From Succinivibrionaceae bacterium (GTDB taxonomy: Bacteria > Pseudomonadota > Gammaproteobacteria > Enterobacterales > Succinivibrionaceae), in contig JAHZGH010000010.1 in assembly GCA_019420905.1 (NCBI GenBank), positions 2,332-66,331 on the forward strand: a stretch of DNA of 64,000 nucleotides. Reading direction: 5' to 3'. The translations under genes and the position numbers were made by a program. Each line of letters starts with the position of its first letter. Within the stretch, counting starts at the first letter, position 1. The notes under the pieces are model-generated. The model was given only the letters and a program-made list of their open reading frames with translations. It was not told where the DNA came from and ran no database searches. Below are positions 37,177-46,756 of this stretch, in pieces.

Positions 37177-39102
37177 ATGTTGAAGATAAAGACTAGTTCA
37201 AAAACCATTAAAGAAGACTATGTTGCTACAGATGCTGCAACAGGAATTACAGCCATTTCTGGACGCCATGTTATTGGCATTATCTCTGTATGCATTATTT
37301 CTATTATCTTAGCTCTTCCTTACGGAAAACTTATTCCTAATACCTCATCACCTCTACTTTCTATAATTTCAGAACAGGAGCAAATTAATCGTTCTCGTCA
37401 GGAAAAATATTTAACTGCTAATGAGCAGGATATTGCAGAAAATATCGAAATTGCCTCAACTGCAGGTTCTGAGGAAAACTATGATGATATGGATGTTCCT
37501 AAAAACATCCTAGCTAACACATCTAACGAAGAAAGCTCAGAATTTGAAAATTCTGGTGCTTTAGATGATTATGTCACTCCTACAACTGTTTTACGCCAGC
37601 GCTTTGAAAGCCTACAAGGCAATCTTGCCGCAAACAGCGTCTCTGATAAAGACACCAAAGTTCAAAGGATCCCAGAATCAGAACAATTAAGCAAGCTTAA
37701 TAAGATCCAAGATCTTATGGCTCTAAAAAATACCAATATTGAAAATTCATTAATTGAAAATATCTTAAATACAGATTCTCAAGCCTTACTAGAAGCAGAA
37801 ATTAAGAATAATAAGAGCATGCGCCCAAATGGCACCTGGTATCAGCAGACTGTTCATAAGGGCGACACCTTTTCGCAGATTTTTAGCTACTTGAATCTGC
37901 CTTACGCTACTTTAAAGAAGATCACTGCTGTTGCTAAAAAAACTGACCTGAGGCTTAATACCGGCGAAGTTTTGCAGTTTTTAATTGATAAAGAGAATAT
38001 TGTTCTTGAGCTGGTTAAGCCTCTTAGTGAAAATACACAGGTTCGCTTTACTCGCATGAGTGCCGATGATAAATTTACGGCAGTTTATGAAAAGACCAAT
38101 TCTCATATTAAGGATCCTCAGTCCATTTCAAAATTTGCTAATGCCGATCAAATGCCTTTAGCTAAAGAGGCTGCTGCTGAACGTAAAAAACAAGAAGAAT
38201 TGTTAGCTGCAGCTAAAGCTCAGGAGCAGTTACGTGCTCAAAAAGAAGCTGCTTTACTTTTAGAGCAGGAAAAAGCTTTAGAGAAGCATCTGGCTGAAAA
38301 TTTAAAAACCCGTCCGCGTCTTGTATTAGGCATGCTCAGAGACAAAGAAACCTTTGAAAAAGCCGCTAACAGATCTGGCTTAACCAAAACAGAAATTGCT
38401 ACAATCAAACAAAACTTCAGTGGCAAAATTAATTTCAAGCGTCTATGCTCTGGTGATTCTTTCCGTATTCTAACAGATAAAATCGGAACTCGCGGTAATA
38501 TTACCGCCATGGAAATTATTTCAGCCCATGACGGCCGCGTTATTCTATATAGAAATCCAAATAATCGAGCTTTCTATGAAGAAAATGAATACCAGCCATC
38601 TGCAGGGGCTTTCCGCCGTTTTCCTATCACAGGAAAAATCAAAGTTAATTCTCCATTCAATCCGCGCCGTATGCATCCTATACGCCGCAAAATTGTTCCG
38701 CATTGGGGTGTAGATTTTAAAGTTAGCGTTGGAACTCCTGTTTATGCTCCAGCAGATGGTACTGTAAAATTTGCTGGCTTTATGCGTGGTGGTGGTTACG
38801 TAGTTATCCTCAATCACAAAGGAGGCTACTCTACAGTTTATATGCACTTATCAAAGTTCGATGTAAAAAAAGGACAAAAAGTACACATGGGACAAGTTAT
38901 TGCCAAATCAGGCAATACGGGCTACTCTACAGGGGCTCACTTACATTACGAATTGCATATAAATGGCAGAGCTGTTGATCCGCTTAAAGCAGATCTGCCC
39001 TCGGGCAATAAGGCTACAGCTAAAGCTTTACGCAGACAATTTGAAAGTACTGTTGCGATTTTAAAGAGTGATCTTTATAAGAGCAGTCTTGCTTCTAGAT
39101 AA
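37177..39102 (+). CDS. murein DD-endopeptidase, M23 family with OapA/LysM-like domain (MepM/YebA-like)
   Basis: N-terminal TM helix, LysM/OapA-like segment HKGDTFSQIFSYLNLPYATLKKI and a coiled-coil linker. M23 motifs HWGVDF and GNTGYSTGAHLHYE are present. Confidence 0.85.
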   Translation: MLKIKTSSKTIKEDYVATDAATGITAISGRHVIGIISVCIISIILALPYGKLIPNTSSPLLSIISEQEQINRSRQEKYLTANEQDIAENIEIASTAGSEENYDDMDVPKNILANTSNEESSEFENSGALDDYVTPTTVLRQRFESLQGNLAANSVSDKDTKVQRIPESEQLSKLNKIQDLMALKNTNIENSLIENILNTDSQALLEAEIKNNKSMRPNGTWYQQTVHKGDTFSQIFSYLNLPYATLKKITAVAKKTDLRLNTGEVLQFLIDKENIVLELVKPLSENTQVRFTRMSADDKFTAVYEKTNSHIKDPQSISKFANADQMPLAKEAAAERKKQEELLAAAKAQEQLRAQKEAALLLEQEKALEKHLAENLKTRPRLVLGMLRDKETFEKAANRSGLTKTEIATIKQNFSGKINFKRLCSGDSFRILTDKIGTRGNITAMEIISAHDGRVILYRNPNNRAFYEENEYQPSAGAFRRFPITGKIKVNSPFNPRRMHPIRRKIVPHWGVDFKVSVGTPVYAPADGTVKFAGFMRGGGYVVILNHKGGYSTVYMHLSKFDVKKGQKVHMGQVIAKSGNTGYSTGAHLHYELHINGRAVDPLKADLPSGNKATAKALRRQFESTVAILKSDLYKSSLASR

Positions 39103-39115
39103 ATAAGGATACTAA

Positions 39116-40735
39116 TTGCTAGAAATTAAAAATTTTAAAGAAGAAGCCGTTTCAATGCTGAAATGGCTAATTTCAATTCCTAGTATCACCAGAACTAAAG
39201 GTGAATGTGAAATTATTGAAGCGATTTTTCAACGTTTAAACGATCTTGATTACTTTAAAAAAAATCCTTCACACATACGCTTTATTCCTCATCAAAATGA
39301 CATAAATCATTCGATTCTGGCCTTTATTCAGGCAAAGAATCTTACCTCTAATACCTTAGTGATTCTATGTAATGTCGATACCTCAAACGATGAAGGCTTT
39401 GGCCTGGTAAAATCATTAGCTACAAATAGCGATGCGCTTAAATCTAAACTTAAAGAAATTGCAACTGTAAATAAGCATAAGCAGGCTTTAGAAAATAATG
39501 ACTACATTTACGGCTTAGGATCCTTTGAATGCAAAGCTCCGACTGCCGGGCTATTAGTCTTGCTTAAGTACCTGAGTGCTAATCCAGAGATTCTAGATGC
39601 AAACTTATTATTTGTATGCACCTCAGAGCAGCTCAATGCTCATCAAGGTATCCGTGAATGTTTGCCGTATATAAACGATCTTACTAAAGAGCTGCATATT
39701 AAGCTAAAGCTTGCATTAACCTTCAGGCCTGAAACCTTGCCTAATTCTCCTGATCGATTCAGGCTATATACTGCTAATATGGGTAAAATTGAAACCTGTT
39801 TTTATATCTTAGGCAAGGGAGCAAATCCAGAACGTGCCTTTACAGGCTTCAGCCCAACTCTAGTCGCTTCCAAAATAATCTCTGCTGTTGAATTAAATCC
39901 AACTTTAACTGAGGATTTATCTAATCGCGCTCTAGTTCCTACATTTAACTACATACGCACACATAATAATCGTTCAGCTAATACCCCTAGCTCTGCACTG
40001 TTAAGCTTCTCAATTCCATTCATCAATATTGATCTTATTGATCTCATTGAAATTTTGAAAAAAATTGCCGCCGAATGCTTAGAACAGGCAGCTACTTTAA
40101 TTGATGATCGCCATGCAAAATATGCTCTGATTCAAGGAAATAATTTTGAAGGCTTAACCGGAGATGCTGAAATCATCTCCTATTCTGATCTTTTCTATAG
40201 GGCTTCGCGTCATTATCGCGGTAATTTAGCTTCAGCGGTCGAAGGATTATTGCAAAATTGCACTGCAGAAGGACTTAGCAGTCAAGAAACAGCCAAAAAT
40301 ATCATTGAAAGATTAATCGATTTGACCTCATTGCCAAGACCGTCAATCATTGTTTTTTTTGGTAATGATTTTATACCGCAGCAGCTTCTTAGAAGAAATC
40401 ATAGCGAAGATCGCGAACTCTACATAAGATTAAATAGCGCAATAGAGGAATTTAACTCCCTCAAAGAAACAAAGACTTTGGATATAGAAAACGAATGTCA
40501 GCCTAATGACGGATGTTTTCTTCGCCCTGTAGGTATTGATGCAGCTTTGAAAACTCTTACAAATGAAAGTCCTATCCCTATCAACACCTTCTATAACCTT
40601 AATGCTCCGTGCATAAGCGTTACATATAAAGGAGGCAACCTTTATAGTCCATACGAATACGTTGACAGTGATTTCTTTACGCAAATAAAATATTTATTGG
40701 ACAAGCTTCTAAACTGTCTAAAAAATATACGCTGA
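39116..40735 (+). CDS. M20-family peptidase-like protein (RocB-like). The start codon is uncertain (TTG at 39116 or ATG at 39158).
   Basis: Overall M20/RocB-like layout (LKWLISIPSITRTKGE...; ...YGLGSFECKAPTAG...). Metal-ligand motifs look substituted. See findings. Confidence 0.55.
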   Translation: MLEIKNFKEEAVSMLKWLISIPSITRTKGECEIIEAIFQRLNDLDYFKKNPSHIRFIPHQNDINHSILAFIQAKNLTSNTLVILCNVDTSNDEGFGLVKSLATNSDALKSKLKEIATVNKHKQALENNDYIYGLGSFECKAPTAGLLVLLKYLSANPEILDANLLFVCTSEQLNAHQGIRECLPYINDLTKELHIKLKLALTFRPETLPNSPDRFRLYTANMGKIETCFYILGKGANPERAFTGFSPTLVASKIISAVELNPTLTEDLSNRALVPTFNYIRTHNNRSANTPSSALLSFSIPFINIDLIDLIEILKKIAAECLEQAATLIDDRHAKYALIQGNNFEGLTGDAEIISYSDLFYRASRHYRGNLASAVEGLLQNCTAEGLSSQETAKNIIERLIDLTSLPRPSIIVFFGNDFIPQQLLRRNHSEDRELYIRLNSAIEEFNSLKETKTLDIENECQPNDGCFLRPVGIDAALKTLTNESPIPINTFYNLNAPCISVTYKGGNLYSPYEYVDSDFFTQIKYLLDKLLNCLKNIR

Positions 40736-40748
40736 AAACAAAAATTTT

Positions 40749-40774
40749 AAGCTAGAGCTTCGCAGCTCTAGCTT
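40749..40774. terminator. hairpin between convergent genes (M20-like / Fe-ADH-like)
   Basis: AAGCTAGAGC-TTCGCA-GCTCTAGCTT, a 10-bp perfect stem. Confidence 0.6.
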
Positions 40775-40844
40775 AAATAAGCATTAAGGTCTTTATTATC
40801 AGCAAATTTATTTTAAGCTCTCTTTATTTTAATTAATACTATTC

Positions 40845-42029
40845 TCACTTTATCAATATAAGCGACAGCAAGATCTCAACGCCATCCTTGTCAAATTTAA
40901 CCCCAGGACTTAAAAATCCTCCTGAAGACATATCAATTAAATCTAGTAATCTTGGAATATCCGCACCAGAGCCGCCCAGATCTTCAAAAGTTTTAGGCAG
41001 TCCTGCTTGAGATATAAACTGTCTTAAACGCTTTAAAATTAAATAGCAAGTATTTTCCGGATGCTGAAAATCTAATTCCAAACTAAAAGAACGATTTCCC
41101 ATCAAAGCAATCCTATGCGGCTTTTTAGCAATACACATTTCTAAATAAGCCGGTAAAATTAAGCTTAAAGCCTCAGCGCGTGAACAATCATAAAGAGAAA
41201 CTAAACCGCGTTTAACCTGCTCTAGAGCAGGATTTTCTTCTGAATTTTCTATTGAGGGAATAATATTCGTCATTATGCCTGACCACATGATATTAGCATA
41301 AGCATCATAATCACTAGGAATATCACGCAGATGCTGCCACATTGAGAAAATAGTAGCCATAACACTTTCATAAATTCTGTCAGTTAAAACTTGAGCTGGA
41401 TGCGATGCTAAATAACGCTCAAAAACTCGCGCTGAAACGCTTATAATAGAAGAAACCAATTCCTTCTTTGAATGTACTACTAATTCTGGATTTAAAATAG
41501 CAAAACGCGGCCTCAATAAATTGCTGTCTCGGAATAACATCTGCAGACTTCCATCTTTTCTTGGAATTACGGCCGACATATATCCAGAATTTACAAAGCC
41601 ACAGCCTGGAACTGTAACTATAGTTCCTATAGGTAAAGCTTCATCTAGAGAAAAATCTTTATCAAAAATATCTCTAATGCGAATTGGGTGATAATAAGCA
41701 GAAGCTATAGCTTTAGCTGCATAAAAGCAATAGGCATTGCCTATTGCCAAAATAAAATCAGTATTGTTTTGTAGGCATGCCGCTACGCCTTCTTCTATAA
41801 ATGAAATGCGAGGATTATTTTTCACTCCGCCTAATTCAGCAAACTCAATGCCGGAAAGGTCTAAAGCACGCTTAACCTTATCTAAAAGCCCCGCAATCTG
41901 TAAAATTTCATCGTTATAAACAATTAAAACTCTTGAGCCACCATAAAATTTTACTAATTTTCCAACTTCAAACTCCTTGCCTCTGCCAAAATACATCTGA
42001 GTATTGTTAAAAATAGCAAAATCGTTCAT
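40845..42029 (-). CDS. iron-containing alcohol dehydrogenase family protein (YqhD-like), apparently lacking cofactor and metal motifs
   Basis: Collinear with group III ADHs (MYFGRGKEF..., ...ILPAYLE...). However, GGGS appears as GNAY, and the DxxxH and HxxxxH ligand positions are substituted. Confidence 0.78.
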   Translation of the reverse strand: MNDFAIFNNTQMYFGRGKEFEVGKLVKFYGGSRVLIVYNDEILQIAGLLDKVKRALDLSGIEFAELGGVKNNPRISFIEEGVAACLQNNTDFILAIGNAYCFYAAKAIASAYYHPIRIRDIFDKDFSLDEALPIGTIVTVPGCGFVNSGYMSAVIPRKDGSLQMLFRDSNLLRPRFAILNPELVVHSKKELVSSIISVSARVFERYLASHPAQVLTDRIYESVMATIFSMWQHLRDIPSDYDAYANIMWSGIMTNIIPSIENSEENPALEQVKRGLVSLYDCSRAEALSLILPAYLEMCIAKKPHRIALMGNRSFSLELDFQHPENTCYLILKRLRQFISQAGLPKTFEDLGGSGADIPRLLDLIDMSSGGFLSPGVKFDKDGVEILLSLILIK

Positions 42030-42371
42030 AAGGGCCTCTAAGGAGATAAATAACTATTTAAATTTATTAAAAAAACACAAAAGTTTTTTTGCGTGGCAAT
42101 TCAAATTATTATTTGATTATTTATTGCATACTTTAAATCTAACAAAGATTAAACAAAAAAACGCTTGCAAGCGCTGTAATATTCTTTATCATACATGGAA
42201 TTTTGTAATTTAAATAAATGGTCGCAATAAAAATCATTTCATTTTAAATTACAACAGGTTAAATTATGCCAGACCTTTTGATTTGGGTATAATGCATTTT
42301 CTAATTATATTTGGAATATAGGTTTTTCCAAATATATTTGTCTTTTCCTCTTTTATGGAGAGCTATAAACA

Positions 42372-43589
42372 GTGGAAATCAAACCTTTGGAAAAAGCTGG
42401 GAAAGAAAATCCTGAAGTAGCCCAGGCTACCGGCGTTAACAAAATCAATCACCGTCCAGGAGAACTCCCAGGACAGAAAGTCTCACCAGTAAAGCAAAAT
42501 AAAAAACCAATTTTGGAGATCAAAAAATTAACTAAGGAATTTAATAATTTCATTGCAGTTAACAATGTAGATCTAACAGTCTATAAAGGTGAGATTTTCG
42601 CCCTCTTAGGATCCTCTGGCTGTGGTAAATCCACACTTCTGCGCATGCTTGCAGGCTTTGAAACACCAACTTCCGGCAATATTATTCTAGAGGGTAAGGA
42701 TATCGGCGACTTACCACCATATCGCCGTAATTTGAATATGATGTTTCAATCATATGCATTATTCCCGTATATGAATGTAAAGCAAAATATCGCCTTTGGC
42801 TTAAAGCAGGAACATCTTCCAAAAAGTGTCATTGAAGAACGCGTTGAGCGTATGCTCAAGCTTGTACATATGGAAGATTATGTCGATCGCAAGCCTTATC
42901 AGCTCTCAGGCGGTCAGCGTCAGCGCGTTGCTTTAGCTCGTTCCTTAGCTAAAGAGCCTAAGCTCCTGCTTTTAGATGAACCTATGGGTGCTTTAGACAA
43001 AAAACTTCGTGAACAAATGCGCTTAGAGCTTGTAGATATCATCAACTCCGTAGGCGTAACCTGCCTTATGGTTACTCACGATCAGGAAGAAGCCATGACT
43101 ATGGCTGATCGTATTGCCATTATGGATCGTGGTGAATTTGTTCAGATTGGCGGTCCGCGCGAAATTTACGAGAACCCTAACTGTCGCTTCTCTGCTGAAT
43201 TCATAGGTCAGGTCAATATGTTTGACTGCACTTTAATTACCTCTGATGCCTCTCATTCACTAATTGCGGCAAAAGACTTCACAAGACCCATTGAATTAAA
43301 ACATGACCTTGATCTTGCAGATGGCATGCCTCTTTCTATCGCCATGCGTCCTGAAAAGATTTATATTTCTCATGACAAGCCTGAGGATGAAAATAACTGG
43401 TGTGAAGGCGTAGTAGAAAATATCGCTTATTTAGGAGATATTTCCATTTACTATGTACGCTTAAAGTCAGGCCGAGTTATTTCTTCAACTCTGCCTAATG
43501 TTGACCGCTTCAATGTTGGCTTGCCAACTTGGGATGATCATGTGTATTTAAGCTGGGATCCTGAGTCCTGCATTGCTTTAACCTTTTAG
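42372..43589 (+). CDS. potA: spermidine/putrescine-type ABC transporter ATP-binding protein
   Basis: Walker A GSSGCGKST, signature LSGGQRQR, Walker B LLLDEP and a TOBE-like C-terminus. GTG start with GGAGAG upstream and an N-terminal extension of about 45 aa. Confidence 0.85.
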   Translation: MEIKPLEKAGKENPEVAQATGVNKINHRPGELPGQKVSPVKQNKKPILEIKKLTKEFNNFIAVNNVDLTVYKGEIFALLGSSGCGKSTLLRMLAGFETPTSGNIILEGKDIGDLPPYRRNLNMMFQSYALFPYMNVKQNIAFGLKQEHLPKSVIEERVERMLKLVHMEDYVDRKPYQLSGGQRQRVALARSLAKEPKLLLLDEPMGALDKKLREQMRLELVDIINSVGVTCLMVTHDQEEAMTMADRIAIMDRGEFVQIGGPREIYENPNCRFSAEFIGQVNMFDCTLITSDASHSLIAAKDFTRPIELKHDLDLADGMPLSIAMRPEKIYISHDKPEDENNWCEGVVENIAYLGDISIYYVRLKSGRVISSTLPNVDRFNVGLPTWDDHVYLSWDPESCIALTF

Positions 43590-43610
43590 TCAGAAAAGGA
43601 AGATTCTATT

Positions 43611-44558
43611 ATGGCAGCTTTAGTAAGCTTTGCTGGGAAGAAAAATAAATTAAATATACGTATACGACACCAGAATAATTGGCGCGATCGGGCTTTAATT
43701 TTTTTGCCCTATATGTGGATGGTGCTATTTTTTCTGGTGCCTTTTTTAATTATTTTTAAGATCTCTTTTTCTGTAACAGAAATTGCGATCCCTCCCTATT
43801 CGCCAATTATCAGCTTTGAAGAAGGAGCAATGCAAATTCTTTTGCATTTGGAAAACTACACCAATATATTTACAGATCCTGACGGCACTTATATGCAGTC
43901 ATATCTAAAGTCTTTGGAAGTTGCTGCTTTTTCTACGCTCTTATGCCTTATTGTTGGCTATCCAATAGCATGGGCTTTAGCAACCTGCAAGAATACCACG
44001 CGTAATGTCTTGTTCATGCTGATTATCATGCCAAGTTGGATCTCTTTTGTCGTACGTATTTATGCCTGGATGACTATTTTGAAAAAAGATGGTCTCATCA
44101 ATGATATTTTATTAACTTTAGGCATTATCGATACGCCAATCCATATGCTGCAGACTGACTTTGCTGTGTATGTAGGTATTGTTTACTGCTATCTTCCTTA
44201 TATGGTGTTGCCGCTATTCTCTGCTTTAATGAAGGTTGATTATTCACTTATCGAGGCTGCCTATGATTTAGGCTGCCGTCCGATAAAAACCTTCTTTAAT
44301 GCTCTTGTACCTCAAACTAAAAGCGGCATCATTGCAGGATCAATGCTAGTATTCATTCCTGCTATGGGAGAATATGTAATTCCTGAGCTTCTAGGCGGCA
44401 AGGAAAGTATCCTCATCGGCCGCATCTTATGGCAAGAATTCTTCAACAACCGTGATTGGCCATTAGCATCCGCTGTAGCTATCACCATGTTGGCCATTCT
44501 CTCAATTCCGATTGTTTGGTTCTTAAAGAATCAGCGTAAAGCCGGAGGACAAGCTTAA
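43611..44558 (+). CDS. potB: polyamine ABC transporter permease
   Basis: 6-TM BPD permease with an EAAYDLGCRP EAA loop. Confidence 0.85.
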   Translation: MAALVSFAGKKNKLNIRIRHQNNWRDRALIFLPYMWMVLFFLVPFLIIFKISFSVTEIAIPPYSPIISFEEGAMQILLHLENYTNIFTDPDGTYMQSYLKSLEVAAFSTLLCLIVGYPIAWALATCKNTTRNVLFMLIIMPSWISFVVRIYAWMTILKKDGLINDILLTLGIIDTPIHMLQTDFAVYVGIVYCYLPYMVLPLFSALMKVDYSLIEAAYDLGCRPIKTFFNALVPQTKSGIIAGSMLVFIPAMGEYVIPELLGGKESILIGRILWQEFFNNRDWPLASAVAITMLAILSIPIVWFLKNQRKAGGQA

Positions 44559-45422
44559 ATGAAAAGAAAAAAATCAGCATTCTTTAGAGCTTTAATCTTA
44601 ATTTTGGCTTTAAGCTTTTTATATCTGCCTATCATTACCCTGATGGCTTACTCCTTCAATGAAAACAAGATGGTAACTGTCTGGACGGAGTTCTCCTTAC
44701 GTTGGTATGATGCTTTATTCCATGATGCCGCTATCATAAAGGCCGTAGGCATATCGCTTACTGTGGGCTTCTTCACCGCATGCGCTTCAGTAGTCATTGG
44801 TACATTAGCTGCATTTGTAATCGTACGTGCTAACCGCTTTACTGGCGAGACGGCTTTTTTGCTGTTTATGACCGCCCCGATGGTTTTGCCAGAGGTAATA
44901 ACAGGCTTGGCTTTACTGCTACTCTTTGTAACATTAGGAGACTTTATCCCTGTATTTGCCGATCGCGGCATCATTGCCATTTGGATTGCTCACGTAACGT
45001 TCTGCTCAGCTTATGCAACTGTAGTAATTCGCTCTCGCTTTGTAGAGTTGGATATCTCAATTGAAGAGGCTGCAAAAGACTTAGGTGCAGGCCCTATAAA
45101 GGTATTCTTTGCAATCATTCTTCCTGCAATTATGCCAGCTGAGGTTGCTGCTTTCTTATTATCATTCACCATGTCTATGGATGATTTAGTTATCACAAGC
45201 TTCATCGCAGGACCAGACTCAACCACTCTGCCGATGCTGATATTCTCATCCGTACGCCGAGGATTGTCTCCTGAGATTAATGCCTTAGCAACAATTATTG
45301 TTCTAATTGTAGCTGCGTGCACATTCTTTGCTTGGCTGTCAACCATCAAAAAACAAAAACGCAAGGCTCGCAATGCGGCTATTGCAAAAGCGGCTGCAAA
45401 AGAAGAGTTAGAACAGCTGTAA
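44559..45422 (+). CDS. potC: polyamine ABC transporter permease
   Basis: 6-TM BPD permease with an EAAKDLGAGP EAA loop. It directly abuts potB. Confidence 0.85.
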   Translation: MKRKKSAFFRALILILALSFLYLPIITLMAYSFNENKMVTVWTEFSLRWYDALFHDAAIIKAVGISLTVGFFTACASVVIGTLAAFVIVRANRFTGETAFLLFMTAPMVLPEVITGLALLLLFVTLGDFIPVFADRGIIAIWIAHVTFCSAYATVVIRSRFVELDISIEEAAKDLGAGPIKVFFAIILPAIMPAEVAAFLLSFTMSMDDLVITSFIAGPDSTTLPMLIFSSVRRGLSPEINALATIIVLIVAACTFFAWLSTIKKQKRKARNAAIAKAAAKEELEQL

Positions 45423-45430
45423 AAAGCAAA

Positions 45431-45457
45431 ATCTCCCAAATTTTTGGGAGATTTTTT
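45431..45457 (+). terminator. Rho-independent terminator of potABC
   Basis: ATCTCCCA-AATTTT-TGGGAGAT followed by TTTTTT. Confidence 0.8.
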
Positions 45458-45526
45458 CTTTTCTGAAGTAAATATCTTTTTTTTACATATAGTTATGTAA
45501 AAAGATATGCTCTTTTTTTGTTTTTT

Positions 45527-45555
45527 TTAGCAAAAACCTTTTTTAAAGGTATAAT
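45527..45555 (+). promoter_or_regulatory. sigma70-type promoter candidate for prs
   Basis: TTAGCA - 17 nt - TATAAT, about 50 nt upstream of the preferred prs ATG. Confidence 0.45.
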
Positions 45556-45607
45556 GTGCACATCCCAATCCCCTTCAGGGTTTTATGAAAAACGCAACGA
45601 GAGTTTT

Positions 45608-46567
45608 ATGTCTGATATAAAATTGTTCTCCGGCAATGCCAACTTAAAGCTGGCCAAGGATATTGCCTCCTGTCTTTATACTAAGCTTGTCGATGCCACC
45701 TGTGATCGTTTCTCTGATGGTGAGGTTCATGTACAAATCAATGAATTTGTGCGTGGTGCCGATACCTTCGTTATCCAGCCTACATGTGCCCCGGCTAATG
45801 ACAATCTTATGGAATTGCTGGTAATGATCGATGCTTTACGCCGTGCTTCTGCTGGACGTATTACTGCAGTCATTCCCTATTTTGGTTACGCTCGCCAGGA
45901 CAGACGTCCTCGTTCTGCTCGTGTGCCTATTACTGCAAAGGTAATTGCTGATTTACTCTCCTCTGTAGGCGTTGATAGAGTTCTTACCATCGATCTCCAT
46001 GCTGAACAGATCCAGGGCTTTTTCGATGTCCCTGTAGATAACTGCTTCTCCTCTAAGATCTTTGTTTATGATATGTTCCAAAAAGGCATTGAAAATCCGT
46101 GTGTTGTCTCTCCGGATATGGGCGGTGTTGTACGCGCTCGCGCTATTGCTAAGATGCTAAATGATGCTGATATTGCTATTATCGACAAGCGTCGTCCGCG
46201 TCCAAATGTCTCTGAAGTCATGAACCTCATCGGAGAAGTTAAAGACCGTGACTGTATCTTAGTTGATGATATTATTGATACCGGCGGTACATTATGCAAA
46301 GCTGCTGCAGCCTTAAAAGAGCGCGGAGCACGTAGCGTTACTGCTTATGGTACTCATCCTGTACTTTCTGGCAATGCTTTGCAAAACGTTGCTAACAGCG
46401 TTATTGACGAAATTGTTGTTTCCGACACTATTCCTCTTAAGAGCGAAATGATTGCAACCGGCAAATTCCGTGTCATTAGCTTCGCTCCGATGTTAGCAGA
46501 AGCCATTCGCCGCATCAGCAATGATGAATCATTATCCGTAATGTTCCGCGACGAAACAGCCAACTAA
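45608..46567 (+). CDS. prs: ribose-phosphate pyrophosphokinase
   Basis: [13 protein letters not shown]-terminus, [11 protein letters not shown] and the PRPP loop [12 protein letters not shown]. The track ORF starts 30 codons too early, with a non-homologous leader that overlaps the promoter. Confidence 0.95.
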   Translation: MSDIKLFSGNANLKLAKDIASCLYTKLVDATCDRFSDGEVHVQINEFVRGADTFVIQPTCAPANDNLMELLVMIDALRRASAGRITAVIPYFGYARQDRRPRSARVPITAKVIADLLSSVGVDRVLTIDLHAEQIQGFFDVPVDNCFSSKIFVYDMFQKGIENPCVVSPDMGGVVRARAIAKMLNDADIAIIDKRRPRPNVSEVMNLIGEVKDRDCILVDDIIDTGGTLCKAAAALKERGARSVTAYGTHPVLSGNALQNVANSVIDEIVVSDTIPLKSEMIATGKFRVISFAPMLAEAIRRISNDESLSVMFRDETAN

Positions 46568-46576
46568 GTTAAAAAC

Positions 46577-46600
46577 TGCCGGCTTTTGTAATAGCCGGCA
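46577..46600 (+). terminator. hairpin downstream of prs (no clear U-tract)
   Basis: TGCCGGCT-N8-AGCCGGCA. Confidence 0.4.
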
Positions 46601-46756
46601 TCATCTGTAATGCTCCCTTCTTAGCAAGATACCTAAAATACGCACTAATTAGCACCATTTTTAAACAAAATTTTATAAGTTATATTTTGATTGCTATAAT
46701 TTGGTAAATTTTTTGTGCATTGCACTAAAAAAGATCGTTAATTTTAAGAGGTATTT

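Noticed and set aside
42162-42173. 12-bp perfect palindrome CGCTTGCAAGCG and the TTGGAA...TTCCAA repeat (42311-42333) in the potA upstream spacer
   Set aside because: They are short, their occurrence by chance is plausible, and there is no matching known operator consensus or second copy in the window.
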